64,000 bases of DNA, taken from IMG/VR virus record IMGVR_UViG_3300021364_000018, positions 1,260-65,259 of that record; one strand, 5' to 3'. Origin of the DNA: a virus. Its lineage: Duplodnaviria > Caudoviricetes. Positions 21,263-29,623 of the stretch are shown in pieces. How positions within the stretch are numbered: position 1 is the stretch's first letter; each line of letters opens with the position of its first letter. Below the pieces are notes generated by a model. The model saw only the letters and a list, made by a program, of their open reading frames with translations. It had not been told where the DNA came from and did not search any database. Position numbers and translations under genes: made by a program.

Positions 21263-22029
21263 TGGCACTATTAGATAAAACACAAACAACAAAACCTCAG
21301 ACTACACAAAAAACATATGGGGGTCGATTAAACATCGATAAGATTAAATACAACTTTGACCAAGGTGCAAGAGCAAATAGATTCAATGTAGACTTTTTCT
21401 GTCCGCCTCTTGGTATCAACTTTGAAGGTCTAAGAGTATTACAATGTAGTTTACCTGGTCGTCAATTAGAAACACAGGATTTTTCAGAGTATGGTATCAC
21501 TCGTAAGATGCCATTTCAAGTCGGTAATGATGGTGGTGAAGTAACATTCACTTTCTTATGCGACTCGACCTTTGCTGATAGATTTGTCATAGAAGCATGG
21601 AACGGTGCTATCTTTGACGGTAAGGGTCCAGCAGGTGACGGATTGAACCTTGGTGGTTCAGCAGTTAACCCACAGTTTAGATATTACAATGATTATATTG
21701 GTGAAGTTCATATTCAACAAATAACTCATAGTGATAAAGATTCATTAAAGTATGTCTTGTATGAGGCATACCCTATATCATTTGCACCCATGGAGTTAGA
21801 CTCAGGCACTGTAGATGATATAATGAAATTTGAATGCACATTTGCATTTAGAACCTTCTCCACTGAATATGCAAATCCATCTAATTTAGATGGACTAAAT
21901 AGAGGAAGAAGGATATTAGATACTATCACTGATACTCTCGGTTTATTCGGAAGTAAAGGTAGAAAAGCATCTAGTAAAGTTCAGAAATTTAGCGATAGAC
22001 TCGCTAAAATTTCAGGTATATTTGATTAG
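21262..22029 (+). CDS. gp54: Baseplate tail-tube initiator gp54 (gp19-like fold)
   Basis: ARANRF.V, SLPGR, F.YY.DY, L.EAYP.S; follows gp2. Confidence 0.75.
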   Translation: MALLDKTQTTKPQTTQKTYGGRLNIDKIKYNFDQGARANRFNVDFFCPPLGINFEGLRVLQCSLPGRQLETQDFSEYGITRKMPFQVGNDGGEVTFTFLCDSTFADRFVIEAWNGAIFDGKGPAGDGLNLGGSAVNPQFRYYNDYIGEVHIQQITHSDKDSLKYVLYEAYPISFAPMELDSGTVDDIMKFECTFAFRTFSTEYANPSNLDGLNRGRRILDTITDTLGLFGSKGRKASSKVQKFSDRLAKISGIFD

Positions 22030-22039
22030 AGGATAAATT

Positions 22040-22744
22040 ATGGCATTACCAATTCAGGCGGCGCCCAAGTATAACTTGACGCTTCCGATAACAAATAAAA
22101 AGGTTTCATACAGACCTTTTCTTGTTAAAGAACAAAGAAGTTTGTTGTTAGCGAGAGAAAGTGAGAGCACAACAGATGTGTTTGAAGCAGTATGTGATAT
22201 GATTAGTAGTGTGACAAATGGCAAAGTCGATGCAATGAAGTTGCCTGTCGCTGACTTAGAATATCTTTTCTTACAGATTAGAGCAAAATCTGTAGGTGAA
22301 ACAGCAGATGTTTCTCTAGCATGCACAGAGAAAGAATGCAGTGGTTTTGGTCAAGCAAGTATTGACCTGAATAGTGTAGAGGTAGATGTTTCAGGATTAG
22401 AAGACAATAGAGTCGAATTATCTGAAACTCTAATTGTAGAAATGCAAGCGCCTACTACATCAACTGCTCTAAAGATGGAAGGTCTTGATGAAGCAGAATC
22501 AATCAAACCAATGCTTCGTTCTTGCATGACTAGAATCTTTGATGAAGATTCTGTATATGAACTTTCTGAATATAGAGATTCAGAAATTGATGACTTCATC
22601 GAAAGCATGACCGTTTCACAATTTGAAAAGATATCTGATTGGTTTACTAATCTACCGACACTAAAACATGATGTAGAATACACATGTGGTGTCTGTAAAA
22701 CACACTGTAACAGAACACTAGAAGGATTGAACTCTTTTTTTTAA
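22040..22744 (+). CDS. gp26: Baseplate hub assembly protein gp26
   Basis: MALP...P.Y.L.LP...YRPFLVKE, DLEYLFL.IRAKSVGE, ends LEGLNSFF. Confidence 0.9.
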   Translation: MALPIQAAPKYNLTLPITNKKVSYRPFLVKEQRSLLLARESESTTDVFEAVCDMISSVTNGKVDAMKLPVADLEYLFLQIRAKSVGETADVSLACTEKECSGFGQASIDLNSVEVDVSGLEDNRVELSETLIVEMQAPTTSTALKMEGLDEAESIKPMLRSCMTRIFDEDSVYELSEYRDSEIDDFIESMTVSQFEKISDWFTNLPTLKHDVEYTCGVCKTHCNRTLEGLNSFF

Positions 22745-22935
22745 TCGCCCTTTCACATGAAAGTTTAGTGAACTATATCAATACTAACTTTCAGATGATG
22801 CAACATCACAAATATTCTTTAACAGAATTAGAAGGTATGATTCCATGGGAAAGGGAGATTTACATAAAGTTATTATTAAATCACCTTGAAGAAGAAAAAG
22901 AAAGGCAAAAACAAAGAAATGCTAGGAGAAGATAA
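22741..22935 (+). CDS. gp51: Baseplate hub assembly catalyst gp51-like (reading frame lies -1 to gp26)
   Basis: Not in the track. Frame reads LIALSHESLVNYINTNFQMMQHHKYSLTELEGMIPWEREIYIKLLLNHLEEEKERQKQRNARRR*. Possible starts GTG 22768 or ATG 22795 lack a clear SD. Confidence 0.85.
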   Translation, partial: LIALSHESLVNYINTNFQMMQHHKYSLTELEGMIPWEREIYIKLLLNHLEEEKERQKQRNARRR

Positions 22936-23318
22936 TGGCTAAAGAAGATTCTGCAAAGGATAGGAATGAAGTAGAAATTGATTTGGATAAGTATATGGAG
23001 CTTATCAATAAGCTCGATGAACAAGAAGACCAAATCAAAGAGATGCAAGAAGAGGCAAAGAAAGCTGCCGCTCAACTTGCACCTCCAAAGAGAAAAATGA
23101 TTGACTTGTTCCTTGACGATAACGACATAAACGAGAAATCAATTATTGGTTTTATCTCGTTCGGACTAATGACTGTATTCGGTATTACCGATTTAGTCAC
23201 AGCGCTGATGTGGGACATGGACTTGAAAGTATCTGAAACTATATACACCTCATTTGTTGTAGTGACATTGGGTGCATTTGGTATCAGTGAAGCAGGTAAA
23301 GCATTCGGCGGAAAATAA
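22935..23318 (+). CDS. Membrane protein (coiled coil plus two TM helices), possibly holin-like
   Basis: Two hydrophobic segments IIGFISFGLMTVFGI and IYTSFVVVTLGAFGI. Confidence 0.6.
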   Translation: MAKEDSAKDRNEVEIDLDKYMELINKLDEQEDQIKEMQEEAKKAAAQLAPPKRKMIDLFLDDNDINEKSIIGFISFGLMTVFGITDLVTALMWDMDLKVSETIYTSFVVVTLGAFGISEAGKAFGGK

Positions 23319-23330
23319 AGGACACACTAA

Positions 23331-25157
23331 ATGGAAAACACCCTACCAGTTGCAAGTATCGGTTCAAACGAACCTTTAATGGTTGAAGTTATAAGTTCAT
23401 CATCAGATGACCCTATAGCAAAAAGATTAGACCAAGTTGTTGAAACATTAAAAATTGGTTTTAACGGACTCAATAAGTCTATTGGCGTATTAGCACAATC
23501 AATGCTAAAACAACCCAAAGTAGAACCTGCTGAGTTTGTTGGACCTCAACAACCTGATGAACCAACAGAAACAGGTGGGGGAGAAGTTAACACACCTCAA
23601 TTAAGTTTCTTTGCAAAATTTAGAGAACAGATTGCAGGTTTGGGTGAAACATTCTCTGCTGTTGGTCAATCAATTAAAGAAGCTGGTGGGGGTGATATTC
23701 AAGATGGTTTCAGTAAACTCGGTCAAGGTCTTGGAGTTCTAGGACCTATTGTATCTGTTGCAAAAGATATCTTCGAAAAAGTCACAGGTGTTTTTCAAAT
23801 TGTAAAAGGTTTCGGCAAACTAATATTCAATTCTGTTAAGGGTGTTGTTGGTGGTATCAAATCAGGTATCGGTTCAATCTTCGGTTCAAGTGAAGAACAA
23901 GAAGTCGATGATAGTAGAGAAGAGAATAAAGATGCTATTGATGAACATACTGAGGCAATGCAAGAGAATGTCGAAACAATGAGAGAAACGAGTAATCTTC
24001 TCGGTAAAGCAAGTGGTGACGAAGCAAACGAAAGAAAGAAAACGAGCAAGGTATTCAATAAGTTTAACATGGGTATTCTTCTTGTTATCGCCGCTATATT
24101 AGCAGTGATATTTGCATTTAAGAATAACATGTTTGCCGCTTTAGGTCAGATTGGTAAACAAGTTGCACTTAAAGTTGGTAGTATCGGTCAAGGTATCAAA
24201 ACAGGTATTGAAAAATCAGTCAAACAAATCAGTGATGGTGCAAAGGTTGTCAAAGATAAATTTGCTAAGACTGCCGATGATGTCGCTAAAGGTTTAAAAG
24301 CAAGATTCCCAAAAGCAACTGAAGCAGTAAAGAATGCCGCCACTAAAACCAAAGATGTAGTAAAAGGTGGTTTAGAAAAAGGTAAGAACTTCTTTCAGAA
24401 AGTAGGTTCAGGTATCAAAAATGCTGCTGGTGGTGCAATCGATAAAGTTAAATCAGGTGCAAAAGTTGTTGCTGAAAAAGCAGGTAAGGCAGGTTCAGTT
24501 GTCAAAGGTGCCGCTAAAACTTTAATAAAAAGATTACCAGTTATCGGTGCTGTTGTCGAAGGTGGTCTTGATGCAAAAGATAATGCTCAAAAATTTGGTG
24601 TAATCAAAGAGGCATACGAAAACGAAATACCAATCGTGCCTGTTGACCCAAACAATCCTGATGCAGGTAAAAGACCTCTAACAAAAGAAGAGTTCGAAGA
24701 ACAAGAACAAATCTATAAAGCATCTCTCGCCGGTTCTACAGGTAAGGCAGCCGGTGCTGGGGGTGGTGCCGCCGCTGGGGCAGCTGCAGGTGCAGCTATC
24801 GGTTCAGTTGTGCCAGTTGTTGGAACAATTGCAGGTGGTATAATCGGTGCAGTAATCGGAGGTTGGTTCGGTGGTAAAGCAGGTGATAAAGCAGCTACTG
24901 AAATTGCTGAAGCAGGTATGGGTGTTGATAATGTAAATGAACTAGATACAAGTCTAGTAGCAGCCGCTACTCAATACATGAATGCTGAGAAACTAGAATC
25001 TGCAAACAGTGAAATCGCTGATATGAAAACAGAAGGTTCAGGCACTAGTGTAAATGCACCAACTGTTGTAGACCAATCATCACAAACAATCAATGAGAGT
25101 TATTCTACAACGAATACAAATATGAACGACTCTCAATTAGGTTATTCAACAACCTAA
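23331..25157 (+). CDS. Tape-measure / gp29-like hub protein
   Basis: Ala/Gly/Lys-rich helical protein with a TM segment and glycine zipper, C-terminal NAPTVVDQS; follows gp26/gp51. Confidence 0.65.
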   Translation: MENTLPVASIGSNEPLMVEVISSSSDDPIAKRLDQVVETLKIGFNGLNKSIGVLAQSMLKQPKVEPAEFVGPQQPDEPTETGGGEVNTPQLSFFAKFREQIAGLGETFSAVGQSIKEAGGGDIQDGFSKLGQGLGVLGPIVSVAKDIFEKVTGVFQIVKGFGKLIFNSVKGVVGGIKSGIGSIFGSSEEQEVDDSREENKDAIDEHTEAMQENVETMRETSNLLGKASGDEANERKKTSKVFNKFNMGILLVIAAILAVIFAFKNNMFAALGQIGKQVALKVGSIGQGIKTGIEKSVKQISDGAKVVKDKFAKTADDVAKGLKARFPKATEAVKNAATKTKDVVKGGLEKGKNFFQKVGSGIKNAAGGAIDKVKSGAKVVAEKAGKAGSVVKGAAKTLIKRLPVIGAVVEGGLDAKDNAQKFGVIKEAYENEIPIVPVDPNNPDAGKRPLTKEEFEEQEQIYKASLAGSTGKAAGAGGGAAAGAAAGAAIGSVVPVVGTIAGGIIGAVIGGWFGGKAGDKAATEIAEAGMGVDNVNELDTSLVAAATQYMNAEKLESANSEIADMKTEGSGTSVNAPTVVDQSSQTINESYSTTNTNMNDSQLGYSTT

Positions 25158-25360
25158 TCTAACTTATCGTAATACTTCGCCTTTCTAGGGATTACTTTAG
25201 TCTTGTCTTTATGCACCTGAGTAGATGCATGGGAAGGTGATTCTTTACGAACCTTTATTTCAGGTTTCTTTTTACCAAAGATTTTTTCCCAATTGTCAGC
25301 ATATAACTGTTCATCTGAGTTTCGTCTTTTACTACCTTTGCCACCGTGCCAATTGCTCAT
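25154..25360 (-). CDS. Small basic hypothetical protein
   Basis: Probable start MSNWHGGKGSKRR, overlapping the upstream stop (ATGA). Confidence 0.65.
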   Translation of the reverse strand: MSNWHGGKGSKRRNSDEQLYADNWEKIFGKKKPEIKVRKESPSHASTQVHKDKTKVIPRKAKYYDKLD

Positions 25361-25509
25361 CTTGTATAATAGAATAATAAACCACAACCAATTAGAAGAA
25401 GCGCTCCTAAAAGAGCTGAGATGATTCTTTGTCGTCTTATTCTTTTCTCCCTATTAGTTAATTTTGGTGCTCTTCTTGGCGACCAATTTATACCGTGTTT
25501 ATTACCCAT
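25357..25509 (-). CDS. 50-aa membrane protein
   Basis: Manual translation MGNKHGINWSPRRAPKLTNREKRIRRQRIISALLGALLLIGCGLLFYYTR; coupled to rpsU by TAATG. Confidence 0.55.
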   Translation of the reverse strand: MGNKHGINWSPRRAPKLTNREKRIRRQRIISALLGALLLIGCGLLFYYTR

Positions 25510-25739
25510 TATCTACGATAACCTTTCATCATTGCTCGTTTAGCATTGAGTTTTTTCTGGCGTTTGATTTCTTGGTTTCTTTGATTACGAGTATCATTAG
25601 GTTTCTCAAAATACTGCCTGTCTCTACACTCTTTAACAATACCTTTTTTATCACACGCTTTCTTAAATCTTCTTAACATTCTATCGAATGGTTCGACATT
25701 TTTAGTTTTCGGATTTATTCTTGGTTTTACCTGAGTCAT
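25509..25739 (-). CDS. rpsU: Phage-encoded 30S ribosomal protein bS21
   Basis: EPFDRMLRRFKKAC.K.GIVKE.R.RQYFEKP...R matches the bS21 signature. Confidence 0.9.
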   Translation of the reverse strand: MTQVKPRINPKTKNVEPFDRMLRRFKKACDKKGIVKECRDRQYFEKPNDTRNQRNQEIKRQKKLNAKRAMMKGYRR

Positions 25740-25786
25740 GTTTATATTATATTAAAAAAGTGTTGTTATTGTATAGTGGTTTTTTA

Positions 25787-25950
25787 AAAAAAGATGTGTA
25801 GTCGCCCCAGCACTTTACAGCAACCCGCTCTACACCAATTGATTCCGCATCTATACTAATCAATTTTTCCCCTACTGAGTTCCCCCTATTCCACGGTCTC
25901 AGTTCTGTAGTCGCATTCACGGACACATGATTAATCACGACTACACCCAA
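25787..25950 (-). ncRNA. Candidate structured RNA (four hairpins plus U-tract) between gp32 and rpsU
   Basis: GC-rich intergenic segment with inverted repeats TGTAGTCG/CGACTACA, ACTGAG/CTCAGT, AATTGATT/AATCAATT and GTGTAG/CTACAC, followed by T6. Confidence 0.6.
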
Positions 25951-25958
25951 TATAGAAG

Positions 25959-26858
25959 TTAGTCGTTTGCTAACTTCTTAAAGTAATCCATCGCTTCGTC
26001 TTCACTTGAATCACCTACTGATGAAGATTCTGCTGATGCGATTACAGGTTCTTCTGCCACTGTTTCAGTGTTTACATTTGACCAAGGCACTTCTTCTAGG
26101 TCTTCTGCAACTGATTCAGCAGTAGAGTTTGATACACCTGTTGTCCCTAACACTCTATCGAGTTTCTCTTTCAGTTCGTCATAAGACTTGAACTGGTCTG
26201 GTGAGATGATAGAGGATAATGGACTCAGTGAAGTATATATATCATTTAACTGATTTTCATCAGTAAATAATGGTGCTGGTGAATCAAATTCTGATTTATC
26301 GTAGTTCCAGTAACCATCGACTTTTCTGATTTTGATTTTAAAGTTAGCACCTTCTTCTCTGAGGTCAAAAGGGTTGATAGCACTCTCATCTTCAAATGCT
26401 GGTGAGATTGCCTCTTTCAACATTTCAAAGATTTTCTTACCATAACGGTATTGAAATACTTTCCCTTCATTATCAGGATTTTTAGGGTCTGAAACAACAT
26501 AGATGTTAGACACATAATGAAGTCTACGCTTCTGCTTACGAGCCTGTTCTCTGTTTGCTTCGATATTAGTGTTCCACAACTGAGTGTTGTATTCACTAAC
26601 AGGGTCTTTTTTACCAATGGTAGTCAAAGACTTTTCGATATACCAACCACCTGGGCCTTGAAAGCCATGGTCGAAGTAAGATACCCATGGCATCTCTTCG
26701 TTCTCTGGTGTTGGGAGGAATCTGATAATTGCGTAACCGTTACCTGATTTATCAAGTTCTGGTTTCCAGAAATTATCATCTGAGTAGGATTTTTTTGCAC
26801 CTTGTTCAGGTGAAGCAGATTCCATAGCTGCTCTTAGTTTATCTAATGATGTCGACAT
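25959..26858 (-). CDS. gp32: Single-stranded DNA-binding protein gp32
   Basis: WKPELDKSGNGYAIIRFLP, HGFQGPGGWYIEKSLTT, YGKKIF, NYDKSEF, acidic tail DYFKKLA. Confidence 0.97.
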   Translation of the reverse strand: MSTSLDKLRAAMESASPEQGAKKSYSDDNFWKPELDKSGNGYAIIRFLPTPENEEMPWVSYFDHGFQGPGGWYIEKSLTTIGKKDPVSEYNTQLWNTNIEANREQARKQKRRLHYVSNIYVVSDPKNPDNEGKVFQYRYGKKIFEMLKEAISPAFEDESAINPFDLREEGANFKIKIRKVDGYWNYDKSEFDSPAPLFTDENQLNDIYTSLSPLSSIISPDQFKSYDELKEKLDRVLGTTGVSNSTAESVAEDLEEVPWSNVNTETVAEEPVIASAESSSVGDSSEDEAMDYFKKLAND

Positions 26859-26886
26859 TGTATTCTCCTATTGTATCGCATTGTAT
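26857..26886 (-). promoter_or_regulatory. Putative gp32 translational operator (3 x ATACAAT around the SD/AUG)
   Basis: AATACAAT-GCG-ATACAAT-AGGAG-AATACAATG. Confidence 0.5.
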
Positions 26887-26923
26887 TAGCATTTTATGTA
26901 AAGGTATTGGGATGGCGTCTACT

Positions 26924-27721
26924 TTAGATTTGACTCTGAAAGCAAGCTTCAATCAATACCCACTCGTCTTCGATATTAAGATTTTCAGTCTTGTATCTAT
27001 TGAGTATATCATTATACTCAATTTTATCGAATCCGTCTACCGAGTTTTTAAAATAAACATTGGCATTCGGATGATTCTCTTCTATCCATTGTAATAGAGA
27101 TAGAAACTGCAACTTTTGACGGTCGCCCACTTCGGAATCAGAAGTGTATTCGTCTTTATATGTATGACAAACAGTAGAGTCATAGATGTTATCTACAACA
27201 TCAAACTCTAATGTATCAAACCCTATAAGACAAATTTCTGTTTCTCCATGTTCTAAAGCATAACCTAATGCTTTTAGACCACAGAGTAAATTCTTAAACT
27301 CATCTTTTTTATATATAACTATGTTATCTTGATGAACAGAGCTATAAGCTGTAAAGTAATGAACCAGGTCATCTTTACCTTTGAAGTTTTCACTATTAAC
27401 TACAAACTTATCATCGCCAGGTTTTCTGACATCAAAGTAAGTAAATACCACATGTGGATTTGCAACTTTCATACCTTCGTGCAACATGTTCCATGATTCT
27501 TCGTCTTCATCTAAATCAATCGAATCAAAAGTCTCACCAACATACATTCTGATTTGTTTATAGACTTCTTCATCAATAGCATGTGACATAGTTGCAACAT
27601 CATTTACGAATAACATTTCTGGCATCGCATCTCTATAAACCATATTCATACCCCACCATCTTTCGAGAGTGGATAAATCGTAGTTATTTCTTGATGGTCC
27701 GTTTCCTACTATGTAGAGCAT
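26924..27721 (-). CDS. Rossmann-like GNGPS protein (DUF115/MptE- or glycosyltransferase-like)
   Basis: IVGNGPSR ... G.N..YRD ... EICLIGFD. Confidence 0.55.
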   Translation of the reverse strand: MLYIVGNGPSRNNYDLSTLERWWGMNMVYRDAMPEMLFVNDVATMSHAIDEEVYKQIRMYVGETFDSIDLDEDEESWNMLHEGMKVANPHVVFTYFDVRKPGDDKFVVNSENFKGKDDLVHYFTAYSSVHQDNIVIYKKDEFKNLLCGLKALGYALEHGETEICLIGFDTLEFDVVDNIYDSTVCHTYKDEYTSDSEVGDRQKLQFLSLLQWIEENHPNANVYFKNSVDGFDKIEYNDILNRYKTENLNIEDEWVLIEACFQSQI

Positions 27722-28302
27722 AATTGTATTAACTTCTTTTTAAACTTGTTATAGTCATAATTAATAAATGACTTATACTTATTTATCTTGTTTATAACCT
27801 CCGGATAAATTAAATTATCACTTATGAGATTATCCCATTTCTTTTGGCATTGTGTTATCTCACATAACATTACCATTGTTTCAATTGATATCTTCTTACC
27901 CATAAACTGTTTAAGAAGATAAGGGTGTTGTCCGTCTTTGACTGTTAACACCTCTTGTATCGATTTCTTCTTTAGAAGATTACTAACTTCATTCTCAAAT
28001 AGATAAGTTAGTTTTTGATTTCTTTTCTTCCAATCGATAAAAGTTTTCTTCGCCTCGTTTTCAATCATGTCACCAACCCACATATCTTTTGTGCATAGAT
28101 TAGCGACATAGAAATCTTTTAACTCTTCTTTATATAGTCGTGCCAATTTAGCGAAGTGAAATCTATCATTTCGTTTGAGAAAGGAAGATAGTTCTGCTTT
28201 GACTTTACCATTGTATTGATTAAAGTCATAGTCCCTAGAATGAAAATGTAATTTTATTCCAAGATACAGTTTATAACTATCAAATCCTTCTCTACTACTC
28301 AC
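27709..28302 (-). CDS. gp59: Helicase loader gp59
   Basis: Y..YL..K.HF...YDF..Y.GK, F.KR.D..F.KL, ISIET. Confidence 0.9.
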   Translation of the reverse strand: MSSREGFDSYKLYLGIKLHFHSRDYDFNQYNGKVKAELSSFLKRNDRFHFAKLARLYKEELKDFYVANLCTKDMWVGDMIENEAKKTFIDWKKRNQKLTYLFENEVSNLLKKKSIQEVLTVKDGQHPYLLKQFMGKKISIETMVMLCEITQCQKKWDNLISDNLIYPEVINKINKYKSFINYDYNKFKKKLIQLCST

Positions 28303-28591
28303 CGCCTACAATGACCTTCTTTTTCTTAGGCACAACTAAGGCACCTGTAGCAGTTCTCCATGCTTCTTCTATTTGGTCGTTAGTTGGAACAACTAAAGAT
28401 ACTGTATAGAATCTTGCTTCTTTTGGATTCTCTTCACCTGTCATTGCGACACCTCTTGCGAAACCCATTTTGCCTTCTGGCGCTTGAACAATCATTCTAG
28501 GGTTTTCTAATATCAGAGGTTCTTCACTTTTCATTTTACCAATGAACTCTCCGTTCATTGTGACTACGCTTACTATATCACCTTTCTTCAT
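28295..28591 (-). CDS. Hypothetical protein, possible Sm-like beta fold
   Basis: GDIVSVV..NGEFIGK....L.L.NPR pattern. Confidence 0.5.
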   Translation of the reverse strand: MKKGDIVSVVTMNGEFIGKMKSEEPLILENPRMIVQAPEGKMGFARGVAMTGEENPKEARFYTVSLVVPTNDQIEEAWRTATGALVVPKKKKVIVGGE

Positions 28592-28830
28592 TTCGACTCC
28601 GTATAAAAAGATGTGAGAGATGCTCTACTAGACTTCTCAACATTAATTAATTTTAACTTCTCTGCCTCAGCAGTAAGTTTTTCTTTTAAAGGTGGAGAAA
28701 GAAGTCTTTTTGCACCTTCTGGTTCTACACCATTCACTTCACAAACTTTGAGTATAGCACTCATTACATCTGTTTTGTTTCCTACTAATAGTCTTTCGAC
28801 TTGTTCTGTAAATTCTTTTCTAGTTATCAT
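28588..28830 (-). CDS. gp33: Late transcription coactivator gp33
   Basis: F...VE...AIL..CE...EPE...L.S.PLKEKL..EA..L.LI; neighbours gp59. Confidence 0.9.
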   Translation of the reverse strand: MITRKEFTEQVERLLVGNKTDVMSAILKVCEVNGVEPEGAKRLLSPPLKEKLTAEAEKLKLINVEKSSRASLTSFYTESK

Positions 28831-29177
28831 ATCAAATTTATTGGAGCGTGTTGAACTTCCTCACCATTATCAAAGTTTTCAATCCAATCCATCATGACTC
28901 TATAGTATGCATAGTATGTTGGACTATGACCATTCATATCCATACCTTCACCACCGTCAGCATAAGGAGTTTCTAAGTAATCAATAAGTGCTTGACATTC
29001 GTCTAAGTGAACTTCGGTAAGTTCGTCTTCACTTCCTATTTCAAGATACTCTAACATATTGTCATATGCAGTATCGTATGCTTGTTGATGAATCCAATCA
29101 TCTGATTTATGAAATATCTTACCCCAATTCCAATCTTGTTTTAGAGTAAACTTCTCTTCGTTATAAAAATCTGCCAT
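28827..29177 (-). CDS. Hypothetical protein
   Basis: Acidic ORF coupled to its neighbours. Confidence 0.65.
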   Translation of the reverse strand: MADFYNEEKFTLKQDWNWGKIFHKSDDWIHQQAYDTAYDNMLEYLEIGSEDELTEVHLDECQALIDYLETPYADGGEGMDMNGHSPTYYAYYRVMMDWIENFDNGEEVQHAPINLI

Positions 29178-29614
29178 TAGAATATCTCCTTATCTGTTTC
29201 TTCTACTACAATTGGACCATAGAATAGATATTCACAATCTATTGAATCATACCCATTGTCAAAGAAATAACTTGTACCTTCTTCATAGAGAGTTTCTTCT
29301 AATACTTCTCTCTCTTCATCGGTGCCTTTCCATTCTAATATTTCAGAATCGAATGAACAACCATCCCAACATTCCTGAAACTCTTGTTCTTCAAAAACTT
29401 GTGGTTCAAACCAATCAGTGTCTTCCTGATTCATTGCATCTGTTAACCATTCAACTTCATCTTCATTCATTGGTTTGATTAACCATTCACCGTTTCGCCA
29501 CATTGTCTCTGTTTTAATTCTATTGCCTGATTCATCAGTCCAATATTCTAATTCATAGACACTCTTCTTATTAGCACATGATATTTCATATGTCTTTCCA
29601 ATCTCAATATTCAT
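29177..29614 (-). CDS. Hypothetical protein
   Basis: Acidic ORF with SD AGGAG. Confidence 0.7.
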   Translation of the reverse strand: MNIEIGKTYEISCANKKSVYELEYWTDESGNRIKTETMWRNGEWLIKPMNEDEVEWLTDAMNQEDTDWFEPQVFEEQEFQECWDGCSFDSEILEWKGTDEEREVLEETLYEEGTSYFFDNGYDSIDCEYLFYGPIVVEETDKEIF

Positions 29615-29623
29615 AATATACTC

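Noticed and set aside
24730-24900. GC-rich repetitive stretch
   Set aside because: Simply encodes the Gly/Ala zipper of the tape-measure-like protein
25747-25950. 67-aa ORF over the gp32-rpsU spacer
   Set aside because: Non-ATG start, no SD, runs through the rpsU promoter; the inverted repeats are better explained as RNA structure
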